Position numbers and translations under genes: made by a program
In this document: piece by piece, positions 27,265 through 32,000 of the stretch
Numbering within the stretch: the first letter of the stretch is position 1
How the letters are laid out: the number at the start of each line of letters is the position of its first letter
The notes under the pieces: model-generated
Seen by the model: the letters and a program-made list of their open reading frames with translations, nothing else
Database searches by the model: none
What the model was told of the DNA's origin: nothing
Assembly: GCF_000039765.1 (NCBI RefSeq)
Contig: NC_004459.3
Location: 1,350,001-1,382,000, forward strand
DNA: 32,000 nt
Direction: 5' to 3'
From: Vibrio vulnificus CMCP6
GTDB lineage: Bacteria > Pseudomonadota > Gammaproteobacteria > Enterobacterales > Vibrionaceae

Positions 27265-28476
27265 ATGAAATCAAAACCTGTTTTTCGCTTGGTGGTTGCG
27301 GCAACTGGCTTGTGCGCTCTGCCAACTTGGGCTGATGGTTGGCCAAGTTGGTCTCCAGAAACGGCCGTGGTTCCTTACTATTTTGTCAGTGATAGCATGG
27401 GTAATACTCTGGGTGTCGCTGGACTTGCAAAGCACGTAGGGCAAGCTAATGCTTCTGTGTTAGGTACCGCGCTTTATTCTGACAAAGGAAGCTATGTCAC
27501 TTATCTTTCGGCAACAAATTACCAAGTGGGTGATTTCTGGTTGCTCGGTGCGGAAAGCTATCAGGGGAAGTTTGTTGATTACGACTATTACCTTGGAGCT
27601 AACGCCAGTAATGATTCAACAGCGGCCGATCGAACGATAGCGACAGGTAAAGAATCAATCACGCGTTTCTCCTTCCGCTATATTGTGCCTTGGGGGCATG
27701 CGGCGTTTCGTGGAGCGCGTGCGGCATTAGAACCCACTCGGCAAATTAAAGGCTTCTCGCCAGATCGCAGTGGCATCACCACCATTGAGTTTCAGCCGTT
27801 TCATACCTCTCGAGAGATTAACGCGATTGCTGGCCAAGATAGCGACTCTAGCGGGCTCAGTTTGAAGTTGGATTGGGATAACCGAAATGATGTTCGCAAC
27901 CCTACTCAAGGCTTTCGCACTCGACTGGACATCACCTACGCAGATGAAAACTGGGGCAATGACAGCGATTGGTTGAAGTATGAGTATTCCAGTAGTGGCT
28001 TTTGGAATCTCGGTGGTGTCGATGATCTTCTCGACCAACAAGTGTTTGCGTTTAACTTCTATATTGCCGATACGCCTACTTGGAATAATTGTAATACTCA
28101 AACATGTCAAAGACCGCCAGAGTTTGATCAGGTAAGTCTAGGTGGTTTATACCGATTGAGAAGTTTTTCCTCTGGGCGTTTTCATGGCAAATCGGCCATC
28201 AACTACAGCGCTGAGTACCGTGTTTTACCCAAATGGCAACCTTTGGATGATATTCCAGTGCTGAATATCTACGATATCCCTTGGTGGCAATGGGTCGCTT
28301 TTGTCGATATGGGACGAGTGAGCGACGAAAGCAGTTTCTCTGAACTGCACAGCGATATGCAGTGGAGCGCAGGTGGTGCCGTGCGTTTTCAAGTGGAAGG
28401 CATTGTGGTGCGAGCCGAAATGGCATGGGGAAGTGAAGAGAGCCTTTTTCGTGTCATGGTCAATCAGCCGTTTTAA
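27265..28476 (+). CDS. Omp85/BamA-TamA-superfamily outer-membrane beta-barrel protein lacking POTRA domains
   Basis: Start trimmed to ATG 27265, 7 nt after the alr stop. Signal peptide MKSKPVFRLVVAATGLCALPTWA-DG. Omp85 barrel hallmarks are SLGGLYRLRSFSSGRFHG (L6 RG[FY]-type loop), SAEYRV, AFVDMGRV, GGAVRF and a C-terminal Phe. About 380 mature residues leaves no room for POTRA repeats. Confidence 0.7.
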   Translation: MKSKPVFRLVVAATGLCALPTWADGWPSWSPETAVVPYYFVSDSMGNTLGVAGLAKHVGQANASVLGTALYSDKGSYVTYLSATNYQVGDFWLLGAESYQGKFVDYDYYLGANASNDSTAADRTIATGKESITRFSFRYIVPWGHAAFRGARAALEPTRQIKGFSPDRSGITTIEFQPFHTSREINAIAGQDSDSSGLSLKLDWDNRNDVRNPTQGFRTRLDITYADENWGNDSDWLKYEYSSSGFWNLGGVDDLLDQQVFAFNFYIADTPTWNNCNTQTCQRPPEFDQVSLGGLYRLRSFSSGRFHGKSAINYSAEYRVLPKWQPLDDIPVLNIYDIPWWQWVAFVDMGRVSDESSFSELHSDMQWSAGGAVRFQVEGIVVRAEMAWGSEESLFRVMVNQPF

Positions 28477-28500
28477 CGTTTGCCACACCTTATCATCACT

Positions 28501-28531
28501 CAAGCCGAGCTATTTGCTCGGCTTGTTTTTT
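28501..28531. terminator. Terminator between the convergent Omp85-like gene and yjbQ
   Basis: CAAGCCGAGC / TATTT / GCTCGGCTTG followed by TTTTTT (28526-28531). The T run abuts the yjbQ stop. Confidence 0.8.
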
Positions 28532-28949
28532 ATTCCCCATAGAGCGTGGCCATTATACGACGTTGTCCACCATGATCTCGATGTTCGCCTAAGTAGATCC
28601 CTTGCCAAGTACCTAACGCTAAACGCCCCTGAGAGATTGGAATAGTGAGATGGCATCCTAATGTTGAGGCTTTTATGTGGGCGGGCATATCATCATCGCC
28701 TTCATAATCATGCTGATAGTAAGGGGCCCTTTCAGGAACAAAGCGATTAAAGTGTTGCTCCATATCATGTCGAACGGTGGGGTCTGCGTTCTCATTGATG
28801 GTCAAACTGGCTGAGGTATGTTGGATAAAAAGATGTAACAAACCAACGGATAATTTTGATAGTTCTGGTAATTGTTGTTCAATTTCATCAGTGATCAGAT
28901 GAAAGCCACGCTTTCGGACGGGTAGGGTTAAACACTTCTGATACCACAT
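28530..28949 (-). CDS. yjbQ: YjbQ/UPF0047-family protein (secondary thiamine-phosphate synthase family)
   Basis: 139 aa. [23 protein letters not shown]...[17 protein letters not shown]...[14 protein letters not shown] is near-collinear with E. coli YjbQ. Confidence 0.9.
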   Translation of the reverse strand: MWYQKCLTLPVRKRGFHLITDEIEQQLPELSKLSVGLLHLFIQHTSASLTINENADPTVRHDMEQHFNRFVPERAPYYQHDYEGDDDMPAHIKASTLGCHLTIPISQGRLALGTWQGIYLGEHRDHGGQRRIMATLYGE

Positions 28950-29269
28950 ATCTCATTCCTTATAATCTATTTGGCAAATGGATAATTCAACGCTATCTTT
29001 GGTTGCAGCGTATTAGAGAGACAACACACTATAGTGAGCCATTATGCTAAGTGGCTTGCTCAAAACAGAAACGGTTTACGTGACTTAACTCAAAGAGCGC
29101 GCAGCACGAGTGCGTCATAATTGCACTCTGAAAAAAAATTACAAACTTAAGGTTGTCTTGCACGAGAGTGCAGTCGACAATCACCATTATTTTTTGCTAA
29201 ATCGGGGATTCCACCAGTTTTCGCTAGACTGTATGGAATAGAACCTACTGTAACATCGGGATAAATACC

Positions 29270-30922
29270 ATGTTGAAAACTATTAATCCAACGCAAACAC
29301 AAGCTTGGAACGCGCTGACAGCGCATTTTGAATCTGCACAAGATATGGATCTGAAAGATCTTTTCGCTCAAGACGCAGCGCGTTTTGATAAGTTCTCAGC
29401 ACGTTTTGGCAGTGATATTCTTGTCGATTACTCAAAGAACCTTATCAACGAAGAAACGTTAAAACACCTATTCGCACTAGCGAAAGAAACGGAACTAAGT
29501 GCTGCTATTAAAGCAATGTTTAGTGGTGAAGCGATCAACCAAACGGAAGGTCGCGCGGTGCTCCATACGGCGCTACGTAATCGCTCAAACCAGCCAGTCC
29601 TGGTTGATGGTGAAGACGTGATGCCAGCGGTAAACGCAGTACTTGAGAAAATGAAATCGTTCACTGACCGCGTTATTGGCGGTGAATGGAAAGGTTATAC
29701 AGGTAAAGCGATCACAGATATCGTCAACATCGGCATTGGCGGTTCAGACCTCGGCCCTTACATGGTGACGGAAGCGCTTGCACCATACAAAAACCACCTA
29801 AACTTACACTTTGTTTCTAACGTTGATGGTACTCACATCGTTGAAACACTGAAGAAAGTCGATCCTGAGACAACACTCTTCTTGATCGCGTCTAAGACGT
29901 TCACGACTCAAGAAACCATGACAAACGCTCACACTGCGCGTGATTGGTTCCTAGCTACGGCTGGCGATCAAGCACACGTTGCTAAGCACTTTGCGGCACT
30001 TTCTACTAATGCTCCAGCGGTATCTGAGTTCGGTATCGACACAGATAACATGTTTGAGTTCTGGGACTGGGTTGGTGGTCGTTACTCTCTATGGTCAGCC
30101 ATCGGTCTTTCTATTGCACTTGCTGTCGGTTATGACAACTTCATTGAGCTTCTAGAGGGTGCTCACGAGATGGACAACCATTTCGTCTCTACAGAGTTAG
30201 AAAGCAACATTCCTGTTATTCTTGCCCTGATTGGTATTTGGTACAACAACTTCCATGGCGCTGAGTCAGAAGCTATTCTACCTTACGACCAGTACATGCA
30301 CCGCTTTGCGGCGTACTTCCAGCAAGGTAACATGGAGTCGAACGGCAAATACGTTGACCGCAATGGTAACCCAGTGACTTACCAAACTGGTCCAATTATC
30401 TGGGGTGAGCCTGGTACTAATGGTCAGCACGCGTTCTACCAACTGATCCACCAAGGCACCAAGCTGATCCCTTGTGACTTCATTGCACCGGCTGTGAGCC
30501 ACAACCCAGCAGGTGACCACCACCAGAAACTGATGTCAAACTTCTTTGCACAAACAGAAGCGTTGGCATTTGGTAAAAATGAAGAAACCGTCAAAGCGGA
30601 ATTGGTTAAAGCCGGTAAAAATGCAGAAGAAGTGGCGGCGATCGCCCCATTCAAGGTATTTGAAGGTAACCGTCCAACCAACTCTATCTTGGTTAAGCAA
30701 ATCACCCCTCGCACACTGGGTAACCTGATCGCCATGTACGAGCACAAAATTTTTGTTCAAGGCGTTATTTGGAACATCTTCAGCTTTGACCAATGGGGTG
30801 TGGAGCTAGGTAAACAACTAGCAAACCAAATCCTACCTGAGCTAGCTGATGGTTCTGAAATCAGCTCACACGACAGCTCGACCAATGGTCTCATTAACGC
30901 ATTTAAAGCTTTCAAAGCGTAA
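29270..30922 (+). CDS. pgi: Glucose-6-phosphate isomerase
   Basis: 550 aa. [20 protein letters not shown], the [10 protein letters not shown] motif and the [12 protein letters not shown] signature are present. Full-length Pgi. Confidence 0.97.
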
Positions 30923-30940
30923 TGTGCGAATAGAAAAACA

Positions 30941-30966
30941 AAGGTCAGCATTTGCTGACCTTTTTT
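30941..30966 (+). terminator. Rho-independent terminator of pgi
   Basis: AAGGTCAGC / ATTT / GCTGACC followed by TTTTTT (30961-30966). Confidence 0.85.
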
Positions 30967-30985
30967 ATGTTCGTAATAGCGAAAC

Positions 30986-31012
30986 AAAAAAGGTTGGCCA
31001 AAGCCAACCTTT
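30986..31012 (-). terminator. Rho-independent terminator of cheX (minus strand)
   Basis: AAAGGTTGGC / CAAA / GCCAACCTTT. On the minus strand the stem is followed by a T run (complement of the A run at 30986-30991), 11 nt after the cheX stop. Confidence 0.8.
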
Positions 31013-31022
31013 CATTTATTGA

Positions 31023-31484
31023 TTATTCGAAACAGATTTCGATGAACGCGTTACCCCATTGAGAGGAAAATGGCATGATGATGATCGAGCCTTCGCACTT
31101 GTGGCGAATCGTGTGACCTTTGCCTGAGACCACAACAGGTGTCGCCATATCAAAATCGAAGCCACTTTCAGCGAGAATACGTTTTGCTCCACCAGTAACC
31201 ATATTGGTGATTTCACCCACCATATCGGTTACTTCTTCATTCAATCCATTTGGTCGCTCACCCAGCATGTTCTGCATGATTTCGAGCGCAAGCCCTTCAT
31301 CAAAGGTAATTGACATCGAGCCGCGTGTTTGCGCCCCGACCATACCAATAAGGCCAGAAACATCACCACGGGCAATCTCATCTTTTTTGATTCGTGGTTT
31401 CTGAGGCTTCAATTCCAGTGAAGCCATCGTTTTTAGAACATTCATTAGAGATGCTAAAAACGGGTTTACAAATTCAGCGCGCAT
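31023..31484 (-). CDS. cheX: CheX-family chemotaxis CheY-P phosphatase (CheC/CheX/FliY superfamily)
   Basis: 153 aa. The single active-site motif is D-x3-E-x2-N followed about 22 residues later by P (DMVGEITNMVTGGAKRILAESGFDFDMATP). Overall collinear with Thermotoga/Borrelia CheX. Confidence 0.82.
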   Translation of the reverse strand: MRAEFVNPFLASLMNVLKTMASLELKPQKPRIKKDEIARGDVSGLIGMVGAQTRGSMSITFDEGLALEIMQNMLGERPNGLNEEVTDMVGEITNMVTGGAKRILAESGFDFDMATPVVVSGKGHTIRHKCEGSIIIMPFSSQWGNAFIEICFE

Positions 31485-31509
31485 AACGTTCTTCTATATC
31501 TTTATTCTT

Positions 31510-31959
31510 TCACTCTGAGAGACAAGTTTTACAGGTACCGTGAGTTTCGATCACTTGATTGGTCAATTTAAAGCCGTATTTCTCAGCATTATTGGCCAAC
31601 AAGGATATCAGTGTATCATCCTGAAGTTCAACGACATCCCCACATTTATCACAAATAAGTAATTGGAAAAAATGTTGGTTTGCGTTGCAAGAGCAGCAGG
31701 AGATAAAACTGTTGGTCGATTCAACCCGATGAATAAAGCCCTGCTCCATTAAAAATTCCAAAGCGCGATAGACGGTAGGAGGTTTGGCTTGAGGTTCGCT
31801 CTCCTTGAGCTGCTCCAGTAATTCATAAGCGCTGGAGGCTCTTGAGTTTGAACAAATCAGTTCAAAAACTCGCTTACGTTGCGGAGTCAGTCGGACTCCT
31901 CGTGCCGAACATATGCCTTCTATTTGCTCAACTAGTGTCTGGTCCAAAGCTTTCACCAT
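31510..31959 (-). CDS. zur: Fur-family zinc uptake regulator Zur
   Basis: 149 aa with a winged-helix N-domain (PTVYRALEFLMEQGFIHR) and Cys clusters CCSC / CDKCGD / CKTC typical of Zur. Confidence 0.85.
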   Translation of the reverse strand: MVKALDQTLVEQIEGICSARGVRLTPQRKRVFELICSNSRASSAYELLEQLKESEPQAKPPTVYRALEFLMEQGFIHRVESTNSFISCCSCNANQHFFQLLICDKCGDVVELQDDTLISLLANNAEKYGFKLTNQVIETHGTCKTCLSE

Positions 31960-32000
31960 AATGATTGGACTTTCTTAATAATAAACTATTTCTATACGAA

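Noticed and set aside
29147-29371. 74-aa minus-strand ORF overlapping the pgi start, and the 69-aa ORF at 16846-17055 in the pilQ-aroK spacer
   Set aside because: They overlap well-supported CDS ends or promoter regions and have no RBS or recognisable motifs.

Overview
This window reads as conserved core chromosome from a Vibrio-like gammaproteobacterium. The assignment rests on gene content, order and near-identity of translated products to well-known E. coli/Vibrio proteins, because no search could be run. Gene order is ppc(partial)<, argE<, argC-argB-argG>, argH(A)>, small Cys-rich membrane protein<, oxyR>, mrcA<, pilMNOPQ>, aroK-aroB-damX-dam-rpe>, an 8-bp tandem repeat array, rpsF-priB-rpsR-rplI>, DUF481 OMP<, dnaB-alr-Omp85-like>, yjbQ<, pgi>, cheX<, zur<. 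I found no tRNA/rRNA, CRISPR array, integrase, transposase, prophage or recognisable defence or toxin genes, so I do not claim a novel multi-gene system. The most unusual item visible directly in the sequence is the two-block perfect 8-bp array (TAGTTTTC x11, TAGCTCCC x6). It starts in the 3' arm of the rpe terminator hairpin, ends just upstream of the rpsF promoter, is bracketed by an 11/12 direct repeat, and sits where the dam operon of E. coli would continue into gph-trpS. Secondary items are: a DamX homologue with an intact P-loop domain plus TM plus SPOR; a POTRA-less Omp85 barrel tightly following dnaB-alr; a 4-Cys two-TM protein divergent from oxyR; the ArgH-GNAT fusion; and a zur-cheX tandem. 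Several ORF-track starts were trimmed to internal ATGs using homology and RBS position.
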